A stretch of 64,000 nucleotides of DNA from Hyaloraphidium curvatum SAG 235-1. Lineage: Eukaryota; Fungi; Monoblepharomycota. The position numbers were made by a program, and so were the translations under genes. Shown here one piece after another: positions 47,232 through 56,108 of the stretch. Each line of letters opens with the position of its first letter. The first letter of the stretch is position 1. The DNA is taken from NCBI GenBank assembly GCA_025558095.1, contig JAIVFI010000041.1, positions 408,504 through 472,503 on the forward strand, written 5' to 3'. The notes beneath the pieces are model-generated. The model searched no databases. It was not told the origin of the DNA and saw only the letters and a list, made by a program, of their open reading frames with translations.

Positions 47232-49355
47232 ATGGCGGCCGGCCCTCGCTCCGGCGCGGACGCCAGTTCGGCCGGCAGTTCGGCACCGCGGCTGGCCTGC
47301 CTCGTGTGCAGCGTGATCCACAAGAAGTGCGCGTACGATTCCGAGAGCGGGCCGTGCCAGCGGTGTGCCCGGCTGGGCAAGTTCTGCGAGCCGCAGACGG
47401 GCGTCGTGGTCGTCCGCCGGGCGTCTTCCGGCGGCGTTTCGCGGGGGCAGCGCCCGGCGGGCGCGAAGGGGGGAGCCGGCCGGCCGGGGAAACCGCCGCT
47501 GCCGACCCCGGCGTGCCGCGCCCCGAACCCGCGTCCCCACGCCGGCCCGGCCTTTCCGGCAGTCGTCGACCTCGCCCGAGTCGTCGGAGGCCCGCGCACG
47601 TCGAGCCCGGGGCCGGAACGCGCGGGCTCGCCGTCGGGCTTCGACTTCCCCCAGCACGCCCGAATCGCCGTGCCCCGCAGCCCCCCCACGGGACCGGACG
47701 TGCCGCCCGAGGTGCTCTTTGCCTGCGTCCAGCACTGGTGGGCCCTAACGGCTCCGACGCTCAACATCCTCCACCGCGAGGCCTTCGACGCCGCATTCCT
47801 CTCCCCTCCCTCACCCATCTACGGCGCCCACAAACCCGCCGCGCTGATGTCGGCGCTGGCGGCCGAGGGCGTCCTGCGCGTCGAGCTGCCGGGATACTCG
47901 CCCGACGCCCGGTTCCGGCTCTCGCGGACGTTCGCCAGGACGGCGAGGGACCTCCTTCTGGCGGGCTACTTTGGCAGGGAGCCGGGGAACCGCCCCGTGA
48001 CGGACCTCGAGGCGATGCAGGCGTGCATGGTGCTGAACCGCTACCTGCTCGGCGCCGCCAACGGCGTCGACGCGGCCCTGGTCATTGGCAAGGCCTGGGA
48101 GATCTTTGGCGCGCGGTTCGCGCGCGAGCTGGCCTGCGGCGGCCGTCCCGGGCCCGGCGATCCGTGGGGATGGCTGAGGCACGAGCTTGTCTGCCGCGCC
48201 TACATCAGCATGTCGTTCTCCGAGGGCAGCAGGTCCCTGCACATGGACGAGCCGCTCGATTTCGACCGCGGCGTGTCTCCGCTGCGCCGCATCCCGTGCC
48301 ACGAGGTGTTTTTCGGCATGCCGTCGGCCGTGCAGGCTTTCCACCTCGCGAACCTGCGGCCGCCGCTCGTGGTGGACCCCTCCCCTTTCTACGCGGACGT
48401 GCCGGACCCGGCGGCGTGTGCCGAGGTCGCGGTGAGGCTGGTCGCACCCATCGCCGACCTCGGCGCCAGCCGCTTCGCCGCCCTCTACCTTTTCAGCCTG
48501 CTGCAGAGGCTGGTCGTCCGCCTCCGGGCGCAAGCCAGGGCCTCGGGGCTGGACCTTATCGCGCTGGCATCGCAGGATCCCATGGTGGACACCCCGCCGC
48601 AACGCGCCTTCCGCGCGGGATCCGAGGCCGTCCAGGCCTGCACCGCCGCCGTCGTCGACGCCCTGCCCCCGACCATCGGCCCCGCACTCGCCGCCGGCGA
48701 CCCGCGCCCCTTGCTCGCCGAGGCAATCAACCTCTTCTCCTCCTTCGAGCACGGCAACGCCTTCCTCGGCATCTTCATCTGCATGAACACCCTCCCGTGC
48801 TGGCTCTGGCTCCGCGGCGGCGAAGGCGCCGTCCCCGACGCCGCCTTCTTCGCCTCGGACCCGCTCGGCACGGTGCTCGAGTGCTCCGTGCTCGCGGGCA
48901 AGCTGATGGAGGCGCAGATGGTCGCCGGCGGGGTGCCGTCCGTGCACACGTTCGCCTTCACCGCCGCCATCAAGCTGTGCGCGCTGTACCTGGCAGTCGC
49001 GGGGACCGTCGCGTCGGGCGGGGACGCGGCGGCTCGCGATGCCGCCGTGAGGGAGGCCATGGTGAGCTTCCGGTACGCGGAGGAGGTCATGGCCACCTAC
49101 CCGATTGCGTGGCGCGCGCTGGCGCCGCGGATGCACGCGATGCTGGCCGAGTCGGGGCTCTTCCTGCTCGATAGGCCCGGGGTGGGCGGGACGCCGGGGG
49201 TCCGGGGGCAGTCGCCGCCCGCGCCCGTTGTGGTGGGGACCGTCAAGGGGATGCTGCCGTTCGCGTCGGGGGCGCTGACGCCGGATCCCCTGATCTCGAT
49301 GCTGCATTCGGACGGGGAGGCGCAGGAGGGGGACATGGCCGCTGGCGAGGAGTGA
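47232..49355 (+). CDS. Zn(II)2Cys6 transcription factor (paralog 4), intronless
   Basis: CLVCSVIHKKC...CQRCARLGKFC; HREAFDAAF, TDLEAMQ and IPCHE motifs. Confidence 0.88.
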   Translation: MAAGPRSGADASSAGSSAPRLACLVCSVIHKKCAYDSESGPCQRCARLGKFCEPQTGVVVVRRASSGGVSRGQRPAGAKGGAGRPGKPPLPTPACRAPNPRPHAGPAFPAVVDLARVVGGPRTSSPGPERAGSPSGFDFPQHARIAVPRSPPTGPDVPPEVLFACVQHWWALTAPTLNILHREAFDAAFLSPPSPIYGAHKPAALMSALAAEGVLRVELPGYSPDARFRLSRTFARTARDLLLAGYFGREPGNRPVTDLEAMQACMVLNRYLLGAANGVDAALVIGKAWEIFGARFARELACGGRPGPGDPWGWLRHELVCRAYISMSFSEGSRSLHMDEPLDFDRGVSPLRRIPCHEVFFGMPSAVQAFHLANLRPPLVVDPSPFYADVPDPAACAEVAVRLVAPIADLGASRFAALYLFSLLQRLVVRLRAQARASGLDLIALASQDPMVDTPPQRAFRAGSEAVQACTAAVVDALPPTIGPALAAGDPRPLLAEAINLFSSFEHGNAFLGIFICMNTLPCWLWLRGGEGAVPDAAFFASDPLGTVLECSVLAGKLMEAQMVAGGVPSVHTFAFTAAIKLCALYLAVAGTVASGGDAAARDAAVREAMVSFRYAEEVMATYPIAWRALAPRMHAMLAESGLFLLDRPGVGGTPGVRGQSPPAPVVVGTVKGMLPFASGALTPDPLISMLHSDGEAQEGDMAAGEE

Positions 49356-50213
49356 TTTGGGGAGAGGCGTGTTGGCCACGAATACCATGTCCGAGATCGA
49401 TATCCTTTTCATTGCTCGCCGTGTCCCTTCGGTCGGCCGGCCCTGGCCCCCATTCCCCCAACCCATTCTTGCCGGTGATCTCACAGCGCACGGACTTCCC
49501 CAATCAGTCCTTCTATCTCCCTCGCCTTGAATGAATGAATATACGACAAGCATGGGGAAGGTTCGGAGAGGTGCGGCCTCCGCTGGCCGGAGCGCGGATT
49601 CTCAGGAACCCGGACTTGCCGCCGTGTGCCGTCATCCCCGCCCGAGATCCCGCGTCTGCGGCGGGATCAAAGTCCCTGTCCCCAGCGTAAGTAAGTCGGC
49701 AAGGCGTTTGAAAAGAGCAGTTGGGTTTTGGTGACGCGGCGGGGCCCAGAGGCACGAGTGCGTTTGCCACCGATGACGTGGGACCGGTCCAGGCTCCATG
49801 GCGCCCTTGCGTGCCCTTGAGCATTTCGGACGCGGTCTGCCCGTCTCGAGCAACCTGCGACTAATCGCATTATCCATGGGGGTCTCGAGCTGTCCGTCCG
49901 ATGTGCTGGCAGACCCGGGTGCGCTTGCGGAGAAATCTCGCTCCTCCCGACAGTCCCTTGGAGGTGATCCCGAAGGCCGTGGTGGGGCCGGAAGCGCCCC
50001 GGACCTTTCGGGAATGAATCAAGAGACCAGTTTAGTGTCCGTCGTGTCCCCATCTGTGGGAAGCTGTGTCGCGAAGAGGCGGGAATTCCCATCGGTTCCT
50101 TCCATTTCTCGGTTCAGCCAGGGTGGGAAGGCGGCGTCCGGCCGCGCACCTGCCCTCGCACGGGCCCCGCACGCGCCTCGCCGCACGCCCCCCTCTGCCT
50201 CTGCCTGCCCGCC

Positions 50214-51817
50214 ATGGAGCCCGCCCCCCCGCCGCCGCCGCTGCCCGCCAGCCTGAGCGCCGCCGAGTGGGCGGCCGTGTTCCCTTCGCCCCCCGTCGAG
50301 GTCAGCGTGTTCGCCCACGGGCCGCCCCCCGATCCGGCCGCGGCCGAGCGCGCGTCGAACCCGCTCACGCGCTACGCGCTCCTGCGGGAGGCGGCCGCGT
50401 CGCCGCTGCTGCTGGGGATCTCGGACCTCAATTTCAAGCTGCAGCCGTGGGGCCGCCGCATCCCGCTGCGCTCGGCGCTCTCCTACGCGGCGCAGTTCGC
50501 GGTGCTGGGCACGACCTGGGCACTGAGAGGAGACCGCTTCGGCACGCCGCAGATGGCCGCCGCAACCGCCTCAAACGTGCTCGAGTTCCTGGGCGCCGCC
50601 GTCGTGCCCCTTGTCGCCTTCCGCAACTCCGCAGCGTTTCCCGCCATGGACAACCTGGACACCCACGCGCTGGCGGGATTCACCCGCTGGTCGCAGCTGG
50701 TCCGCGCCTCGGCCGACCGCGGGATCGCCGCGGGCGACGACAAGGACGGCGAGGACGGATCCGAGGCGACCCTGACCCAGTCGCGCCACCGCTGGGGCCT
50801 GCTCACGCACCGCGACGGCGACAAGCTCTGCCCGTGCCCGAAACCGGAGTGCATGGGCAAGGTCGGCCAGGCCTACGCCAACCTGCGCCTGGTGCAGATC
50901 ATCCTGGCCCTGAGCGTGATGTGCGGGTACGGGTTCTTCCGGATGTACACCCCGCTCGTCGGGCTCGCCGACGTCTTCTGGACCAACGCCGGCTTCATCG
51001 TCTTGGGCGTCTTCGCATGTGAGTCTCGCCCCCGCTGCCGTCCACATCGCCTGACGACGCTGCGTCCCTCTTTGCTGCCTCCAATCCAGTGTTGGCCCTG
51101 GTTGACGAGCACTTCCCCACCATTCTCGGCCTTGTGCAGTGGACGAACGTCCGCCTCATCGAGCTCTCCAGGCGACTGCAGCGCCGCGCGATGCTTCTCG
51201 CCCTCGACTCGTTCCTGGCACGGTTCCGCTACGCCATCGAGCACGGCGAGGACCCGAAGCTCGAGCTGGACGGCGACGAGCTCTACGTGCACCTGCACGA
51301 GTGCCTGCTTGGCACCTGGCTGCAGCGCGCCCCCCTCCTCGCCGGCCTCGTCGGCGGCCTCTTTGGCCTCGCCCTCGTCGAGGTCATCGTGATCATCATC
51401 AATGCCTTCGCCGGCTCCTGCATCCCCCTCTACACCGTCCTCACCCTTTGCTACGTGCTCTTCCTTCTCCTCACCCACCTCGTCGACGAGAGCGTCGGCA
51501 ACTCGCAGATCTCGGACGTAAGGAACCTCTACCACGACGCGCGCCGCGAGATCCGGGCCCTTGCCGTGCGCGGCGAGTCGGGCCCGCGGTCCCCCTCCAC
51601 GATCGGCGTGCTGGCGCGGCTGCGGTCGCACGACGCGCTGCTGGCGAGCTTCCTCGAGGTGGAGAGGTGCCGCACGCGGCTGGCGGGCTTCGTGATCGAC
51701 TACACCTTTGCGAGGAACTTTGTCGTCACGCTGGTGACGGTCGCGTTCGGTCTGTGGACGATTTTGAGGTACGCGGGGCTCCATATGACCGCCGAGTCCG
51801 TGTGCCCGTACTACTAG
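50214..51817 (+). CDS. 7-TM GRL-like candidate, paralog C
   Basis: Intron 51019-51089; HRDGDKLCPCPKPEC, RLQRRAM and YVHLH motifs; C-terminal LAGFVIDYTFARNFVVTLVTVAFGLWTILR..ESVCP. Confidence 0.7.
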
Positions 51818-52042
51818 CCGCTCGGGGAGAAAGGAGCGGCCCATTGCGCTGCATGATAGTCATAGCTTGGATCGATGTCCTCTAGAGGCTAGACAAAAGA
51901 AAATCTTGTGACAGAATCAACCATGGCCGTGCGGGGGACGGGCAGTGCTCGTCGCCTGGCCGCGTGCGTCTCCCGCACCTGAGCTCTGGCCCAAACAGAG
52001 CCGCCCGTGCCGAAACTTCCGAGCTCGTCGCACTTTGCTGCG

Positions 52043-52993
52043 ATGGCCGGCGGGGCCCCGAAGGACGCGTCCGAGGACCGAGTCTCGCACTGCGCCGCGT
52101 TCCTGCTGGACGCGCATCTCTCGCGCGTGCCCTGCTTCCTGGGCGACCTAATCGACGAGCCCTACGCGCGCGGGCTCACCTACGCGGAGGCCTACGAGGT
52201 GCAGCGGCGGCTGCACGACCGCTTGGCCGAAACTCTTGGGCCCGTGGCCGGTTTAAAAGTGGGCGCGACGACGCCCGGGATGCAGAAGCACCTGCACGTC
52301 TCCCACCCGATGCCGGGCACGATGCACGCGTCCCGCATGATCGAATGGCCCGGGAAGGACGGGGAGCCCCTGCGGCTCGAGCGGGCCAAGTTCAACGGGC
52401 CCTCGGTCGAGTGCGAGATCACAGTCCGCGTCGGCCCGGCGGGGCTGGACGCGAGGGGCAAGGCGCTATCTCTCGAGGAAGTGCTGGCGGCCTTGGACAC
52501 GGTGCATGCGTCGGCCGAGCTCGTGGACGACCGGTACGGCGGCGACCGGATGGGCGAGGACAACTGGAAGCGCGAGGGGATGCAGGCAATCATGGTCGCC
52601 GACAGCTTCTTCCACTGGAGTTGTTTGCGGGCGCGCCAGGGCGTGCCATCGCGGGACATGACCGTCGAGGACTTCGAGGGGCTCGAGGGCCATATCGAGC
52701 TCAACGGACGCATCGTGCAGAGCGGGTCAAGCAGGCTTGTGCTGGGCAACCCGCTCGAGTCGGTCAAGTTCATGGCCGAGTTCCTGGCGGAACACCGGGG
52801 TGAGGCGCTGCCTCCGGGATCGTGGGTCATGACCGGTTCCGTGGTGGGTTGTCCCCTTGATGTTGGACCGGGGTTTGAGGCTTCGATTGATGATTTATTG
52901 ATGCCACAGACGATGCCGGTGCTCCCTAAGGCGGGCGACAGCCTCCGCGTATGGTTCGACGGCCTGCCGGGCGAGGTGCGAGTTACGTACTAG
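52043..52993 (+). CDS. FAH-superfamily 2-keto-4-pentenoate hydratase (MhpD-like), intronless
   Basis: EAYEVQ, GLKVGATT..MQ, VECEI, ELVDDRY, VLGNPL and VMTGS motifs. Confidence 0.85.
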   Translation: MAGGAPKDASEDRVSHCAAFLLDAHLSRVPCFLGDLIDEPYARGLTYAEAYEVQRRLHDRLAETLGPVAGLKVGATTPGMQKHLHVSHPMPGTMHASRMIEWPGKDGEPLRLERAKFNGPSVECEITVRVGPAGLDARGKALSLEEVLAALDTVHASAELVDDRYGGDRMGEDNWKREGMQAIMVADSFFHWSCLRARQGVPSRDMTVEDFEGLEGHIELNGRIVQSGSSRLVLGNPLESVKFMAEFLAEHRGEALPPGSWVMTGSVVGCPLDVGPGFEASIDDLLMPQTMPVLPKAGDSLRVWFDGLPGEVRVTY

Positions 52994-53082
52994 ATGCCGT
53001 TCCGGTCGCTGCATCCCGACACCTTGGGTCCCCGGCTGACGCTCCCCGATTGCAACGGCGGCCGACCAGCCGTTCGCCCCTG

Positions 53083-53322
53083 AGGCCGCCGAGTGGGATC
53101 CACGGAACGTCTTGCTTGGCTCGGCGACCTCCCGCGTGGACGGAGGGAGCTCTCGCCCAACCCGCTCGCCTCCCCCCTCCTCATCTGATTTGCGGGCCTG
53201 CGTCCTCTGTTCCTACGAATCAGTTCCCATAAGGTCGCCGAATGGGATCTTCGGAACGACTATGATTAGCTCGGCGACCTCCCGTATGGACTGAGGAGGC
53301 TCTCGCCCAAGGTGCTCGCCTC
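53083..53322. repeat. Two diverged ~90-bp direct repeats, each containing a 10-11 bp inverted repeat
   Basis: Copies at 53083-53172 and 53232-53322; arms AGGTCGCCGA (53232-53241) and TCGGCGACCT (53271-53280). Confidence 0.85.
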
Positions 53323-54011
53323 TTCGCCGCCTCCTCGCCCCCGCCTCAAATCCCGTAATCCCGGTTGACCGTTGTTGGGATACGTACGTTGGGGTCTTCT
53401 GGGATCAATAGAGATGGAGCGGGCACGGCTGATGACTCTTCTTCCAACACGAACCGACCATCAAGGCCTTGCCGTCGCCTCAGGAGTCCATATTCCAGCA
53501 ACCGTGACGGAGGGCACCCTGAGCCGCAACTACCAGCTAATGTTCTGGGTGTTTCTCCACGGACACTTTGCCACTAGAATGACGTGGCTGGGCCAAGCTT
53601 GCCATTCCTGGGAGTCTTCTAAGTCGATGATTTCATAGCTGCCGGCATCCGAGGGCGCCACGCGCCGCCTCGCGGGGTTTTGCAAAAGGACGGGACATAT
53701 TCTATTCGAGGATTGGCTACTTGGATTGTCTTTAGGCGGACGGCCGATCGAGGGAGACGGCCGATCAGGGAATGTCACGTAGGGCGCTGACCCGTGCCGG
53801 AGCTGCGTGAGACTGGAAGGGAAGGAAGTCTCCGGGGCCGACTTGGACCATGCAGCAGCAGATACCGACACGACCAGCGATACCACTTCTGGGCAGCACG
53901 ATGGCAGGATGGAGGACCTCGGGGTCGAGGCGCCAGCAGGCGCACGGGAGACGGGCGGGGACGAGCCGGTGAGCACCGCGGGCGTCGCCGGCGCCGTGGA
54001 CTGCAAGTACC

Positions 54012-55230
54012 ATGCCCGCCCCCCCCGGCGCCCCCTTGCCGCGCCGCCCCGCGGACCCGGCGAATGGCGCCGGTGCGGCGACTGCAAGGCGGCGGAGCCC
54101 GCGCCGTCGCCACTCGCCCCCGCCGCCCGGCGCGCCGCGGTTCGTCGCGCCCGACTTCCTCCGCCAGTCCGCGGCGCCGCCGCTGCCGATGTCCCCGGCG
54201 CAGGTCAACTTCGGCCACCTTTTCGTGCTCACCGCGACGCCGCTCGCCGCGCTATACGGCGTGTGGGCCGTGCCGCTGCGGGGGGCGACGCTCGCGTGGT
54301 GCGTCGCGTACTACTTCTGGAGCACGTTCGGCATCACCGCAGGCTACCACCGCTACTGGGCGCACCGCGCTTACGACGCAGGCCCGCTGCTGCGCGCCTT
54401 CCTGATGCTGGGCGCCACAGGCGCAGTGCAGGGCAGCGCCAGATGGTGGTGCGCGGGCCACCGCAGGCACCACCGCTACACAGACACCAGATGGGACCCG
54501 TACTCGGCCCGCAAGGGCCTGCTGTGGTCGCACATCGGCTGGCTGCTGACCAAGGAGGACCCGGCCGACCTGGCGCCCATCGACGCGTCCGACCTCGACA
54601 GCGACCCCATGGTCGAGTGGCAGCGGCGGTTCTACGACGTGTGCGCCTTCTTCATGGGGTTCGTGTGGCCGGCAATCGTCGCGGGCATGTGCTGGGGTGA
54701 CTGGATGGTGGGCTGTCGCCGCCGCGCCGGCGTGCTCCGGCCTGATCGAGCTCCGTTCCCCCGCGGGTATCCCGCCCCCCGACGAGCAGGGCGGCTTCTT
54801 CCACGCCGGCGCCGTCCGCCTCACGCTGATCCACCACGCCACCTTCTCCGTCAACTCCCTGGCCCACTACCTCGGCGAGGCGACCTACACGGACCGTCTC
54901 TCGCCGCGCGACTCGTTCATCACGGCGCTCGTCACGGGGGGCGAGGGGTACCACAACTTCCACCACGAGTTCCCGCACGACTACCGCAACGCGGTGCGCT
55001 GGTGGGAGTACGACCCGACCAAGTGGTTCATCCGCGGCGCCGCGCACCTGGGGCTGGCCTGGAACCTGCGCACGATGCCAGACAACGAGGTCAGGAAGGG
55101 GGAGCTGCGGCAGCGGGAGAAGAAGTTGGAGCGGGAGAGGGCGGCGCTCGATTGGGGCGAGGTCGACGGCGGCACCAGGGCGGGCGGCGGCGGACAAGCG
55201 GGCGGAGGGGCGGGGATGGAACGGCTCTGA
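54012..55230 (+). CDS. Delta-9 acyl-CoA desaturase (Ole1/SCD-like) without a fused cytochrome b5
   Basis: His boxes HRYWAH, HRRHH and HNFHH; VNSLAH and YDPTKW motifs; intron 54707-54789. Confidence 0.9.
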
Positions 55231-55553
55231 CATCTTGGCATTCCTCGATAACGACTCTATCATCGCCTATCACGGCCGGGCCGCCCATCCGGGACCGCTT
55301 CGGCCGCCCCACCGTGCCTGCCTGCCCTAGTGTTCCAATCCAGCCGTCCCCCTTCGCCAGGCACGGATTCTCTGAGCACAATCGATTCTCGATACCAGCC
55401 GTGTCCGCATGAGCTCCCCGTCGGATCTCGCGACCGCTGTGATGACCACCCTCCGGCGCGGCCCCCCTCCCGCTGACGATCCGCGAGCGAGGCGGCCTCA
55501 TCCGAGACAGTCCTTCCCGTTTTGGCCCCCGAGGTCGTGACGAGTAAGGGGTG

Positions 55554-56011
55554 CCTGCTTCCGTCCCGAAGAGGTGTCCGCGGGCCCCGGAGGCCAACTG
55601 CCGTCCCAAGCTGCCACACCCGCATTCCGTCGCACCGGCCACGGTTTTGGTCGGGATCGGCCCGCCATAAGGTCTAGTTTGACATGGTATTGCCTGCTGA
55701 CGGGCTGCGCCATCCGCAGCGGACCGCCGCCAGCCGGGCAGTCGGGCGGCACTTTTATTCCGCCCGCACAGGCAGTAGGAGCATTCCGTCCCGGGATGTT
55801 TGGCCATGGAGGGCACGCCACGTATGCAAATTTAACAACGCATGTGGTGGGGCAGGCCACCACCGGCCAGGAAGGCGGCCCTGCTTCCCGAAGAGGTGTC
55901 CGCTGGCCCCCGGAGGCCAACTTCCGTCCCAAGCTGCCACACCCGCATTCCGTCGCACCGGCCACGGTTTTGGTCGGGATCGGCCCGCCATAAGGTCTAG
56001 TTTGACATGGT
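55554..56011. repeat. Direct repeat of ~135 bp, 323-bp spacing; second copy abuts the retrotransposon 3' end
   Basis: Copies at 55554-55688 and 55880-56011; 55601-55688 is identical to 55924-56011 over 88 nt. Confidence 0.95.
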
Positions 56012-56108
56012 TTTGTGTTAGACCACTCGACTAAAGAGAAGGTACCACGTCTCTGGCCCAAGTGTGTAATGAGGAGCTAGCAATCCCACCGTACACTTAG
56101 AAATCCCC

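Noticed and set aside
53289-53312. CTGAGGA-GGC-TCTC-GCC as a hammerhead core, or nearby ACCTCCCGCGTGG as an HDV-like P3/L3
   Set aside because: GAAA is missing (CAA instead), the core is not kept in the other copy, and no valid P1 or P3 pairing was found.
19647-53782. TAG recoding, suggested by three internal TAG codons
   Set aside because: TAG is the evident true stop of several intact genes (e.g. ending 28962, 31615, 44543, 52993).
55824-55831. Octamer ATGCAAAT as an snRNA enhancer
   Set aside because: A single 8-mer of a metazoan element, with no recognisable U1, U2, U4, U5 or U6 sequence nearby.
53083-56011. Repeat pairs as CRISPR-like arrays
   Set aside because: Only two long copies each, no spacer periodicity, eukaryotic context and no cas genes.
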